Assembly (NCBI GenBank): GCA_023213395.1
Contig: CM041465.1
Span: 160,463,741-160,527,740 of the forward strand
Origin: Cycas panzhihuaensis
Taxonomy: Eukaryota; Plantae; Cycadophyta
DNA length: 64,000 bases
Direction: 5' to 3'
Shown: positions 1-12,079 of the stretch, piece after piece
Layout: each line of letters opens with the position of its first letter
How positions within the stretch are numbered: the stretch's first letter is position 1
Notes under the pieces: generated by a model
What the model saw: the letters and a program-made list of their open reading frames with translations, nothing else
Told to the model about the DNA's origin: nothing
Database searches by the model: none
Position numbers and translations under genes: made by a program

Positions 1-509
1 ATGAAACTTTATCAGTCTTACAAGCAATTTGGAAAGAAGATGAACCATGTATTTGAAGTAATTTCCTAGTAAATTGGTGATTACAGCAGTTGGTAACCCA
101 TGTATTTAGATAAATAGATTTTATTTTATATGGACTTAGATATCATTTTGCTTGATTTGATGGACAACTAAATATAGATTGAAAGTAGCCACCACACATG
201 TGAAGATATGAAGATATATACAAAATACTTTATATATAGGTTTATGGAGATAACATATAGTTACATGTCTTTACAAGTTATAAATGATTTTGGTAATTAA
301 TATGGAAGCTCTACTCGAACCTTATGGTGTGACGAATCTGCCCGTAACATATAGGATATAGGAAATAGGTTGTAGAATACAGGTTATTTATAGGTTACAG
401 GATACATGATATAGGTGAAAATTATAGGTTACAGATACTAGCATACAAGATGAAGACATGAAGACCCAAGATCAAGATTCAAGGACATTAAACATTATGG
501 AGGGGGGAG

Positions 510-911
510 TGTTAAAAACATAATGTTTAATGTGGGTCTATTATACACATACACTTCCCACCATTCACCTACTTTGAGATATACGAGATACATACATATC
601 AATGTTATCCTACTATTGGATGTTGTAAAGGCTCATTGTATGTGATATGCTACTCATGAGGTGATTATCACTATATATTTATACTCTCACTATTTGAGAA
701 CTTGAGAAAGGAGAGAAAAGAAAGATGTAATCATTATGATCATAAGCGGAGTCCTAACTCTACCTTCTCCCATGGTTTTTCCTACACTAGGTTTTCCACG
801 TATAAATCTTAGTGTCTTGTGGTGATGAATATGTTTGATGATTTCTTTTCTTTACATGTTTGATGTTTTATACTCATGAGTGTATATTATTGAATATTCA
901 TACTTTTAACA
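510..911 (+). repeat. LTR flanked by a PPT upstream and a PBS downstream (internal LTR of a tandem LTR/TRIM-like element)
   Basis: Termini TGTTAAAA...TTTTAACA form a perfect 8-bp inverted repeat. Purine tract GGAGGGGGGAG at 499-509. TGGTATTAGAGCC at 912-924 resembles the tRNA-iMet PBS. Confidence 0.8.
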
Positions 912-2299
912 TGGTATTAGAGCCATGCATGCATCTCTATTTTTTAATAAGATGTTCAATAGAAAAATCCTATTACTACTAGGTATGCCATCTTTTTCAC
1001 CTATCTTAGTTTACTTTCTTTTTAGTAAAAAAAGAAAAGGAAAGGAGAAGAAAAAGGACATTTAGGATTAATCTAAAGTGTAAAGCAAAAGAATCTAGGA
1101 ATATCATTTTTTACCCTATGCCCCTTCATCTCCTCTTTTTCGTCTTTAAAATGAAAAAACTCAAGGAAAAGGAAGTGTAGGAAAAAGATAAGAAAAGAAG
1201 ATTGGTTTTGTTTTCTATAGGCCTTTTGTTTGTGTTTCCTCTCTTTTAGTTGAAAAGGAAAAAAACCCAAAATAAAATCAAATACAAGAAAAAAATCCCA
1301 AAAGAAAAAGTAAAAAGAATTCTTATTTCTTTTCCATTTGCATTACATCATATGAAATATTAAGCACATTAGTCATTGTTTTGTTGTTTAGTTATAAGTC
1401 TGAACAAGAGGAGAGATCACATGGTTATAAGTCCTCAAACCCATAGGGTAACATTATATCTTTAGCTAGGGTTCACTTGTTGCTTTTCACAAAAATAAAA
1501 AGACATATAACTACATATAGGTATGTGCTCCTTTCCCTCTAGTTTGCAATAGGCCCCTAAATCCAAAATAATACATTTATCCACATGTGTGTACCTTTAT
1601 AATTGCCTTATTTTAGCATCTATTCCATTATTCAATACATAGTATTCCTTCACACTTGTATCTAAGAGGTACACAAATGCCCTAGTTGGGGTTGTTAGTT
1701 CAATTTCCCATGCATTTGGCCTCCACACCATAGGTCTTTTGCTATTGGTAAGTAGATTACAACCTACACTCTTGGTCTCGCATGTTTCATTTGTGACCAT
1801 ACTAGGGACTTACTAATTGGAAGCCATTTAGTACATCTAGGTATTCCTTTACTTCCTTCTTGCTTAGTTAGGGTACTTAATTTCTATCACAGAAGGACCT
1901 TTCACTCTATGTTACCCATTTGAGCTAGTTGGGTAGACTTTAAATACGATGCTTTTCTCATTGATTATGAGGCCTTCAACCCTTGGATACTAGTCCTTCA
2001 TATATCTCTGTCTCTTCGAGTGACTAAGACTCACCTATGGTAGTGCATCACATTGATTGGGCATATGATCTATATACCTAGGATTGACCTCAACCTAAGG
2101 CATCTTTTCTTTATTAAGATCCCACCCATATAGGTGATGATACAATATATTATCTGCATGAAGCCAATAAGTTCTATTATAACTTTGTTGCCCCCCATGC
2201 CCACATAATTAGGGTTATCCCCCCTCATGACCATGTTTAAGATCCTGAATAAGCTCTTCTTCATTTCCCCTCTCTCTTAGGTCAATAAGGAGGGCATGC

Positions 2300-4985
2300 C
2301 CCCCCTTCAAACCAAATGATCACTATACCTTAGGACACTATTAAGGCCCTACAAGCCTATTTTAAGGTAGAAACAAAGAGAGACTTCCCCTGGGTGAGCC
2401 TAATGGTTGTTTTTATAACATCCACCACCTCCATCCTAATTCCTCTGCCTACTTCCACTCAAGGTGCTACGTCACTTCTTCAAGTTGTGATTGCCACATC
2501 TTTCACTACAAGCACTTTGCTTAGGAGAGGGCCGACACCAACCTAAGCCCATTCTTAAGTTATGGCAAGTGTCCCCTCATTACAAACCATAATTACCTAA
2601 TCAAGCATAGTCTTGGTTCCTCCTATTCCATCCATTCCTCCTCATTCCCAATACATAAGACATGCATGAGGACCAACTATTCACACTTGCCCATATCATG
2701 TGGACTCATCACTCTATGTCCTACTAGGATATACATCCTAACAATAGGGACAGAAGGGTTCTCACCCTCTACCCATTTATGGGGTGGATACCCTCCACCC
2801 ATATGGGATAACTTTTCCTATCAAGGGATCTTTTGGCTGAAACCCCCTTCCATACCTTTCACCTTATGTGTCTCAGCCAACCCCATCCTCTCATCCCTAT
2901 CAAGGGGCATCCATGGTACCTCCCTTTCTACCTCTCCCAAATCCCACTCCTCAAGGGGTAATGACTCATGGCACTTCCTCTTATCATGTTTAAGCACACA
3001 GTGGTTTAAGCTACCCTTGACCACCCCTATATCCTACTTATCCCTATTTAGGTATGTCTCTTCCCTACCAAATAGAAGACATATCTTACCCCAATCCTTC
3101 TTATACCCTTCACCAATAAGGGCATGCATATTACCCTACTTGTCCTTCATATCCATCTTAAATTGGAATTGGATATTATCTATCACCCTTATATCCCTCA
3201 TTCAATCCTCTAGTCCAACCCAAGGTATGCCCCATCATGGTCTACAAGTCAAGCCCTCTCTCTTTAGATGCCTTAGGAACCAACTTACCTCCTCACCCAT
3301 CTGAAGTATCTAAATTTAATAGAACTTCCTCTTAGGACCCCATTGATCATGTTAGAGTATTCACCATGGCATGTATCGATTATTAGGCCTATGATCATAT
3401 TCTAATAAATTTGTTTCATAGGTTACTCCAAGGAGATACTCTCAAGTAGTTTTACTATCTTCTAGCCCACTTACTCCATTTTTTCTAATAATTAGTTGAC
3501 TCCTTTATTAACTACTTTGATCTTATAAGGCCATTCAAGAGTGGGGCCTAGACCTTGCTCTCCCTCAAACAAGGATAAGTTAAGCTCAATAGAGACTTCA
3601 TCCACAGATTCCACAATCTCCTTCACTCCTTAAAAGCCATGTTGCCTAAGAGTTTAATGAGAAACATCTTCGTTAATGCTCTACGCCCTGAGGTCTATGT
3701 TAAGGTCCTAAAGATGAGAGCAATGGCTTGTGATTTAGCTATAGCCAAATGCTTGGATTTAGAGTCTATTGAGATCCAAGCTGGTCTCAAGAAGATTAAT
3801 ATGAACTCATAATGGCATGAGACACTGCCTCCTCTATGTGACCAAAGGACACAACAACCTTCATCCAAGCCCTCTATTGACATTACCAATAAGACTATGG
3901 ATTTATTTACTTCTACCATCCATTCCTTTAAACAAACACTTAAGGATTTGAAACTCCAACTAACTTAAGCCTCCACGAATTTGTAAGTTTAGTCTTATAG
4001 TTATAGATTAGTCCATCAAACTGCCTAAACTATACAACCAATAAAAGAGGGCCCTAAACCTTCATAAGAGAATAGGCCAAAACCCTCTTTTAAGAAGAGA
4101 TAGTGTTTTGTTCATGGCCAATATACCCACAATGATGCTTAATGTTGGAATCAATATCTTGAGCTTACCCCACTAAGGGATCCTCCTTTCCAATCCACTT
4201 CTAAGCTAAATCTAGACCAACCCATTCATTAATACCCCTTTCCTAACCATGACACCCTTAAACAACCACCACAACCTCAAAACTGGCAAGGCAAGGGGCA
4301 CCCTCAACCTTAAAGAAATGGGATCCCACCTACCCCTTTATTTGATCAACTTAAGGGTAGAGCCTTAATTGATTCCTCTTATCTCTTAAGCTCTAAAGCT
4401 TAAAACTCATCTCCATGCCCTAATGCTAAGGGTAAACAAGTCATACATATGTTAGAGATCACCTGGGTCTATTTTATAACTTGTTCTCAAGTAGTGAAGG
4501 AGGTTGAGGAGGATTTTACATCTTGACAACTCTCTTTAGAGACCTCCGTCACTAAAATCCTAATTATCTTGAAGACCATACTAGTCTAACTGGGATATGA
4601 CTTTAGATGAGCTCTTTCCTAACCCATAGGTAAGGGAAGGACCTTCTCCATTATAAAGGAATTCCATACTGTATCTATAGGAATGTCCATGATGAATATC
4701 TTGTGGAGTTATCTCGATCAACGAGATTTGCTCCTAGAGGCCCTTGGCCAAAAGGATGTACCCATCCATGCTATAGCCATAACATCTCATGGCCATCCCC
4801 TTATCTCTTTCAATCCATATGATTTACCACCTGTTGGTGAGAGATAATATCATTGGCACTATCCCTTTGCCATTATGATTTAGACACTTAAGTTCTCCTT
4901 GAAGAGGACCATTGTAGACAACGAATCCTCAGTGAATACAATGCTCACTTGAATGCTCAAGAAGTTAGGTATTGAGGCTATTGAG
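2300..4985 (+). pseudogene. Degenerate Ty3/gypsy (Tat/Ogre-like) gag-protease, truncated by an LTR insertion at 4986
   Basis: Pro-rich N-terminus. Retrotrans_gag-like 'PEVSKFN..DPIDHVRVF..LF..LQG..K*FY.L' at ~3300-3470. CxxHx4Hx4C knuckle 'CFVHGQYTHNDA*CW' at ~4104-4148. Protease motif 'RTIVDNESSVNTM' at ~4905-4943. Many stops. Confidence 0.75.
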
Positions 4986-5236
4986 TGTTGCAGATCTCCT
5001 TAAAAGAATTAATTAACTATTGATTAAGGAAAAGGCATCTCCGAAGAATTGTGACTTATGAGTGAAGGGGCTATCATACACCTATAAATGAGGCCTCAAA
5101 TGTATTGTATATCATTTAACTTTTATCAATCAAATGATTAGTATTTTGACTATTAATTCACCTTCAAGCATACCTATGCTCTTAATTACTCTTTGAACCC
5201 TTGAAATTGCTCTAATTATGAAAAATATTTGTAACA
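4986..5236 (+). repeat. 5' LTR of an inserted LTR element (partner LTR not found)
   Basis: TGTTGCAGAT...ATTTGTAACA imperfect terminal inverted repeat, internal TATAAAT, PBS-like TAGTATCAGAGC at 5239-5250. Interrupts the gypsy protease. Confidence 0.75.
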
Positions 5237-8200
5237 ATTAGTATCAGAGCATCATTCCTGCTCTTTTTGAGACTATATCTATTAATATCTTCTATTATCG
5301 ATCATTCATCTATCTAATAGGGATGGTGTTGTTCATAAACCATCTAACTCTTACACTTAACCTGTGCTATATTTTTGTTTGTTCTGTTATTATCCTTCAC
5401 TGTTAAATGTCTATTTCAATTCCATCTTGCCATCACTTCTTACAAGTGCATCTATATTTCATAAGAATATTTATAATAATCTAACAACTTCAATATTAAA
5501 GCCATATACCTACGAGTTTGTCTTAGAGCCATCTGCCTCAATATTAAATTTGCACCCTGCCACGTCTTTCTCAGTCCCATCTTGTTCATCTAACATTGGT
5601 TGTCATCTATCTCAATCTCGTCTTATTTATGTAGTTATGTCTTCTCAGTGTTTGTTGCTTATGAGCTGTCGTTTACTTTGATCCCAATTCTGATAGAATT
5701 ATGGTGCCTTCTGTTTCCCGGCCACTGGGAATGGGTATGGACAGATCGACTTAGGTAAGTGCAGGTATACTTCTCTCTCTCATCTAAGTCACTTTAGAAA
5801 TTATAGATTGAAGCATTGTTTGAATTGCATGATTGATTAGCTCATTTTCATAGTTGATTATGCATCTTACTTGATCATGTCATATGCCTCTAGCCTATGA
5901 AGACCAGCGAGACCTGCCTTTTTATGAGACATGCATCCCCATGGCGCTCTACAACCCTTCGCATTGCCTCCATGTTGCCTCAAGATTTAACCAGCTCGTG
6001 TGATCTGCTCATACCTTTGTCATAGGTATTTTATATCCAACTCTAACACTTTTGGGAAGCCCTATCCCTCGGTGCCTTATCCGACTTAGCCCATTTGCTC
6101 ACTTGGATTATCCTCAACCACTTGGACGAGAGGCCCAACCCCTCTTAAGCCTAGGGTACCCCCTTCTAAGGCCCCCATAACCTTGATTTCTCTTTTTATT
6201 ATATTCTGGCCTTGCATTGCTGCAAACTTAGCAGTACTGCGAAGTTTGCCACGGTACCATGAAGTTTACTACGGTGCAACTATTTACCACTATTTTTTTA
6301 ATCTGCCATGGCAATTCTCACATTTTTCACAGAATTGCCACATGGATTAGTTATCCAAAAAGCTCCAACTTAACCCTAATCACTCAATTAGGGTTAGGGT
6401 TGGGTATAAAGTCCAAAATTCCTCATTCTTGCTCCTCTTCCATCACCTCTTCATGCTCTCTTCTCCTCTTCTCATAGGAACACTCTTCAAAAACATCTGC
6501 ACATCTCAATTTTTGGTGCACCAATCTAAGATTTACCTGTTGCAGCATTGGTTCATGGCAAAAAACTCCTCAACCAATGTCTCCGAGCAAAGACCCACAT
6601 CTAGGTGTGGCCTCCACACTCCTCTTCCAACTTTTAGCAAGGGTCTTCCTCCTACAACTAAGAGACACCCTATAAGCTCTCTAAACCTGCTATCTTCTAC
6701 TGTTTAGAGGAGTAGACTTGCTCCCCATGTATTTTAACAGGTATTCCTCATCATGGTTTCACCCTTTTGCCCTAGGTTCACCTTGCAAAAGTAAGTTCTT
6801 TAAGCTTATAATTCTTTTCCTTGTGTTTTGTTATATAGGGAAGCATTCTTTTCATTTATTGTTTCCCGTAACCTTACCATCCCTTATTCCTCCCTTGTTT
6901 TTTTCTCCAAGGAGGTTACGGGAGAGGGTTCACAAGGAGGGTATGAAAGGAAGCAAGGCGATATCTGTTCCCACTAGCCCTGCTCCTCAAGGACAAACCC
7001 CTTCTCCTCCTTCCTCTCCCTCACTTATGCCTTCCTTGGACTATCTGGGAGTCCTTGGGATTGGGCCAGCATTGGGCATCAGTATGTGCAGTGCTTACTG
7101 CTCTAATCTTAGGCCTACACACTCTATTTTAGGTAACTCTTTCAGCCCCAAATAGTAGCTAATACCCATTCTTGGCTTTGGTATAGCCTACGTTGTAACT
7201 TGTTGCCCGTAGCATGTTGGCAACATAGGAAACATCTGCATAACTTTGTAGTATTTATTCTCTCTCCCACATACTGTCCATAGGCTATCTTATCTCAATG
7301 TACCCTACACCTAAGGGCAGTATGGAGGTGCATTTGTCGAAGGGCTAGCCATTTCGAGGCTAACCTCTTCTTACTCGGCATGTGTTGGTGCTTTCTTTAA
7401 GGGCTTGCAGAGTCATTTTTGGTGATGGACTAACTAACTTTAGACACTATATTTTAGCACTTTTCTTTTATATCATTGCATACATCTCAGATTTGTATGT
7501 TGGCAGCCCCTCTTGGTGGGGCAAATATCTTTGTGGTTGCAAGCTTTGTGGCAACACTTATGAGGGGAAAGAAATGCTCCAATTCAGGTAAGCCCTCGTT
7601 CTCTTTCCTTTCTTCATTTTCCAGCTTTCCTATATGGCTATTAGCTTCCTTTTGTCTTTCCCGTTTTACTTTTCTTTTCGTACAGGGAAGGTAAGGAAGC
7701 CCCACTCCATCTTCGTTTCAATGATGGTTGTGCATTGGTAAAGATGAGAGGATGTATGTGAGACATGAGAGAAGCTTCTTCATCAACCACATTACTTTTC
7801 GGTTATACATCACATCCATTCCCATAGTCCTTTCCCTTTTTGCTTTTATTAGGCATACGCTCTTGTATAATATGTCACATAAAAGGGAAAAGGGTAACTA
7901 ATCATTCTACATACATTCATCTAATATATGTATGCTACACAGTTAACTTTATAGGAAAGAGGACACAATCGAAACTACACCTCCCCCATTTATCTTACCT
8001 AAACCACAAGCGTCCCTTAGTTGGATATCATCTTAGTATGTATGTTTGAATATGCATGAAACGCTTCTGCTTTATCTTTTATTGTTGAAAAAGAAAAGAG
8101 AGAGAGGAAGTGTAGTCCATAGTCTCTTTTGTGAACACATACAATATCGCTTTTTGTCATCTCTTTTCCACACTTCACATACCCAACTAACACACACAAC

Positions 8201-8932
8201 CTTCATCATCCTAGCTAGGGATTGAACCCCTTTTGTTTGCATAGTGGCAAGGATTCCTCCCTTGCCGTTACTTCTTCCACCTAGATCTACCTTAGGTTGG
8301 TCAGCCTAGGGAGGTCTATTCGTGCTTATATCACACTTCTTTACCATTCATCTACACCTATCGCATTTGTACCATGCTCCTTTCCCATAGGAATTCCTTT
8401 TCTCTATGGGTCTCTCCCCTTCCTTCTAGCCATCCAAGGTGGGTGTTTTTTAACACCACCTTTAAAGTTGAGGATTATGTTACTCTTCAATATGGATTAC
8501 TATTCTTTTTACTACTCTGCTTATCTCTGGATCCCTCATTTGGTATCAAAGTAAGTGTATACGATGTATGACAAGTTTATTGTTGAATATTTGCTAAGTT
8601 TATAAATTTTTATCAATAGTTCTTATATAGTTTTTGTTAAATATTTGATTATTTGATGTGTACACTTTATTTTAATTAATATTCTCCAATTTTTTATAGC
8701 TACAACTAGTGTACATAGCCCAACATTTATTTGGAGCTTTTGCATCTATGATTCATTCAATATTTCATAAGTTTTTAAACCTCTTTTCATCATTTTTTGA
8801 GGTTACCTTACCTAAACTTCATTAGGTTGGTGCTCTCTCCATAATAAATGAAACTATCTTAAGTCACTACTTGTTGGAATCCTCTATGAGTTATCTTTAC
8901 AACACAACTGACTGTTCAAGAAATTGTTATTT

Positions 8933-9415
8933 CTATGTAGAGATCTTCCTCTCGAACGCCCGGTCACTCCTTTTGGCCACTGAAACCTCCAGTGCACCTC
9001 TTGTAATCTGCTTGTTTTTCTTCTGTTTCTCTTTAGATAAAACTATAATAGGGTAGTAGGCCTAATCAGGTTCAACAAAGATATCTTTGAGTAATTTTAG
9101 GCCCTCTCTAAGTTGTATAGCCTCCACATAGTCTGTTGACCTCCCACAACCTATAGAGTCATTTTTTGTCATTTTTCTTCTCTATGAGATGATCTTTGGC
9201 TTTTCTGGGTTGGTTTGGGTTTGCTCTAGCCCTTCAATCCCATTTCTAAGCCCCTTCGATTTAAATCATTCTAATAGAGTCATTCCTCTCAGATTGGTTG
9301 TGTGACCTCCTTGTATACTTTTGCTTCATTCCCTGCCTATGTTAATCCATTCCCTGCGAAATTTTAGAAGTGCCTATCCATCTAGAAGATCTAGCCTCCC
9401 CTAAAATTTTATCAT
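8933..9415 (-). pseudogene. Decayed antisense ORF (~160 codons, unknown protein) in the copia A leader
   Basis: One frame from ATG (9415) to TAG (8933) with scattered stops: ...LLKFRREWINIGRE...GRSTDYVEAIQLREGLKLLKD...EKQKKNKQITRGALEVSVAKRSDRAFERKIST*. Homolog at 55679-55993 differs mainly by synonymous or conservative changes. Confidence 0.55.
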
Positions 9416-10782
9416 GATCTATTAATTTGGTGACTAGTTTGAGCTCACTGAAGTTAGTACTACATGTGCCTAGGTTTGTGCAAGTTGATTTTATTTTTTT
9501 AATTTATTTTAATTCATTTTATTTTTTATAAAGTTTAGAAAATTTTAATTAAATTTAATATTATTTACATTTCTACTACTTAGCCCCCCCAATTGTGGTA
9601 ACTTTCACTCCCATATAACCCTTCTTTAGGGTGTATATTTCAAATTTTTTGGATTATTTTTTATTAATTTGATTTTTAAAGGATTTAATTCCTTTTAATA
9701 ATCTTTTAAGCCTGCTAGCCCCTTTCATAGGCTAGTGAGTGGTCGTTTGAGCCCTCCAGGTGACTAGGGGCCTTAACTCTAAGGGGCTTAACCCTCCCTA
9801 TTCACTTTTTTTACCATAAAGAGGTATTTTCATCATTTTGGCTATGACTTTTGATCTAGGAGTCTATTTTTTGAATGAATGGATCCATTAGAAAGACAAT
9901 TTGATTGTATTTATACTAAAGTTACTTTTATTATGTTTTGAAGTTGTGTTGTATGAGTTTAAGACTACTAAAGTTAGCCCTTTTATTTAGTTCAAGTTTG
10001 AGCATTTTTCAACATTTTTGATTTATTTTATTACTTCATTTAAGCATATTTATATGTTATTGAGTTACTAATCTATCTTTGACTATTTTCAGTTATTTTT
10101 TAGAGGATCACATATATTTTTTGTAGTTTTTTAGTTAATTTTGGCCTCTTAAAAGAAAAAAGACCTTCTGATGCCAATCTCACAAATTGGTGCTTTATAA
10201 ACCTTAAATAACTCTATTTTAAAGCTATTATTTTAGTTTATAGTTCATTCACTTTACCTTAAAGCTTATATCAAGCATATTTTGCTTATTTAAGGGTCAA
10301 CTTTCTTCATTTTAAAGACATATTTCAAGTACATTCAAAGCTATCTTCTTGCATCTAAAACGAGCTCATATAAAAGTGCATTTGTTACTCATCTATTTTT
10401 AGTTTATTCATCTATATATTGAAACTTATAATAGGCTCATTTTGCTCATCATTGATCATTTTATTTCTTTATCAACCAAGGTTCCTTTCATTGCATCTAA
10501 AAGTGCATTTAGAGTGTATCCTATTGCATATGTATAAGATCATTCAAAGGGTGTTTCATTTCATTCATTTTTTAGAGCTTATTTGACCCATTTAAAAAGC
10601 TTTCTTATTTCATTCAAAAAGGTGTATTCATTAATTTCAATTTGAAAAGATATATCTTTCCTTTTATTACTAAGTTATTTTTTTATTTATTGATTAAGAA
10701 GGAACCCTATTTTACTAAGTAATACCATATATATATATATCACATTAAACAAAATAATTTCCTAAAAGAACCTCCTATTTTT

Positions 10783-11225
10783 CTAGCCTTATAAGGGGAA
10801 TAGTTAGGACCCCTGAAGTTACTATCATGCACATGCCCTTGGCCTACTCATATTGGATGAGGAACAACATTAGTTATCAGGTGTATTAGGTGGTAGGCTA
10901 AGGTGAGAAACCTATCTTTTCTAGAGTTCAAAGAATAAGGATAGACCTGGAGAGGATGAGCACCTTTGGTTGTTAAGCCATCATTACTAGAGCTATTGCT
11001 AAGCATAAGTTTAGAACAACTAGACAAACAAGCCAAGGGGATCTTGTATCTTCTTTATAGCCCACGTACTAAGGTATATAAAGCCAAGTACTCACGTACT
11101 AGTATATTAGGTCCCTAATTTACCACTTATGGGTAGACACCATTAGATAGGAGAGCAACTGAAGGCTTTCCTTAAAGAAACATAAACTTAGAGCCTAACA
11201 ACCCTTTTAAGGAATAGGACACATT
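10783..11225 (+). other. Conserved pre-gag non-coding module, copy 1
   Basis: Colinear with 58073-58512 (+) and 29560-30008 (-). Shares AAGGGGAAT..TTAGGACCCCT, TACTAGTAT and CCACTTATRGGTAG. Confidence 0.75.
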
Positions 11226-11292
11226 TCAAGACTATACCTTGGGAAACCTATACTTTAGAAGACATTTAAATAAAACCTTATTTTGAAACACA

Positions 11293-12070
11293 ATGTCTAA
11301 TAGCTTTGGTAACATGATTATTCCTAAATTTAATAGATTAAATTTATTAAACTGGAGTAAGAGGATGGGACCCATCTTTATTACTAATAATATATGGGAT
11401 ATTGTGAAGACATATTACATAGAACTTAGCCAAAATACAATAGAAGTAAAAAATTAAGCATTTAAAGAGTGTGTAAAGAAAGATAATGAATCTTTAGCAT
11501 TGATCTTTTATGCCCTAAAAGACCATATTTTTTCAAGGATTAATGAGGCCTCTAAATCTAAGGAGACATGGGATATTTTACAACTCATTTATGAAGGTAT
11601 AACTTCTTCTAAGCTCCAAACTTTGAGGAGTAGATTTGATAATTTAAGAATTATACCCAATGATTTTATTAATAAATTCATAACCAAGGTTCAAGACCTT
11701 ATAAATAAGATGAGATCCCTTAGTGAGACCCTAACCAAATGAAGGGTTGTTGAGAGGATTCTAAGGTGTGTCAGTGAAGTGAAGAGATTTGAAATAGTAG
11801 CAACCAATATAAAAGTCTCAAAAGATCTAAGTACCCTAAAAATTAAATAATTAAGCAGTATGTTAATAGCAATTGAGGAGAAGAAGAGCTCAAGTAAATC
11901 ACTAAAATATGCATTTGCAACCAAAGTAAGGATCAATTCAAACTCTCAAGATGAAAGTTATAGTTCTAGGAACTAATCCCTAAGGGGGAGAGATAGAAAT
12001 CTTAGACAAGAGGCTCATTAAGAATGATAAACTAGATACCAAGCTCCCCACTAAAGAAATCAAGGATATC
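11293..12070 (+). pseudogene. Copia gag (UBN2/Retrotran_gag-like) remnant
   Basis: MSNSFGNMIIPKFN..NW..RM..IWDIV..; ORF 11500-11742 'IFSRINEASKSKETWDILQLIYEG..KLQTLRSRFDNL'. Confidence 0.85.
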
Positions 12071-12079
12071 TACATTCTT

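Larger units (their letters stand above)
7745..12070 (+). mobile_element. 3'-truncated Ty1/copia element A (LTR, PBS, 2.7-kb leader, gag), same family as element E
   Basis: LTR ends ...ATCCCTCA at 8538. PBS TGGTATCAAAG at 8541. Leader and gag are colinear with 55283-59330. The LTR start at 7745 (TGAGAGGAT) is tentative. Confidence 0.7.

Noticed and set aside
2666-3304. 212-aa ORF as an independent gene
   Set aside because: Low-complexity Pro/Ser/Leu-rich frame within the decayed gypsy gag region.
8211-8232. B-box-like GGTTCAATCCC on the minus strand
   Set aside because: No matching A-box or tRNA fold; lies within a probable LTR.
9226-9243. miR159-complementary core CCCTTCAATCC
   Set aside because: Only 11 contiguous nt, absent from the homologous element E, and compatible with chance.
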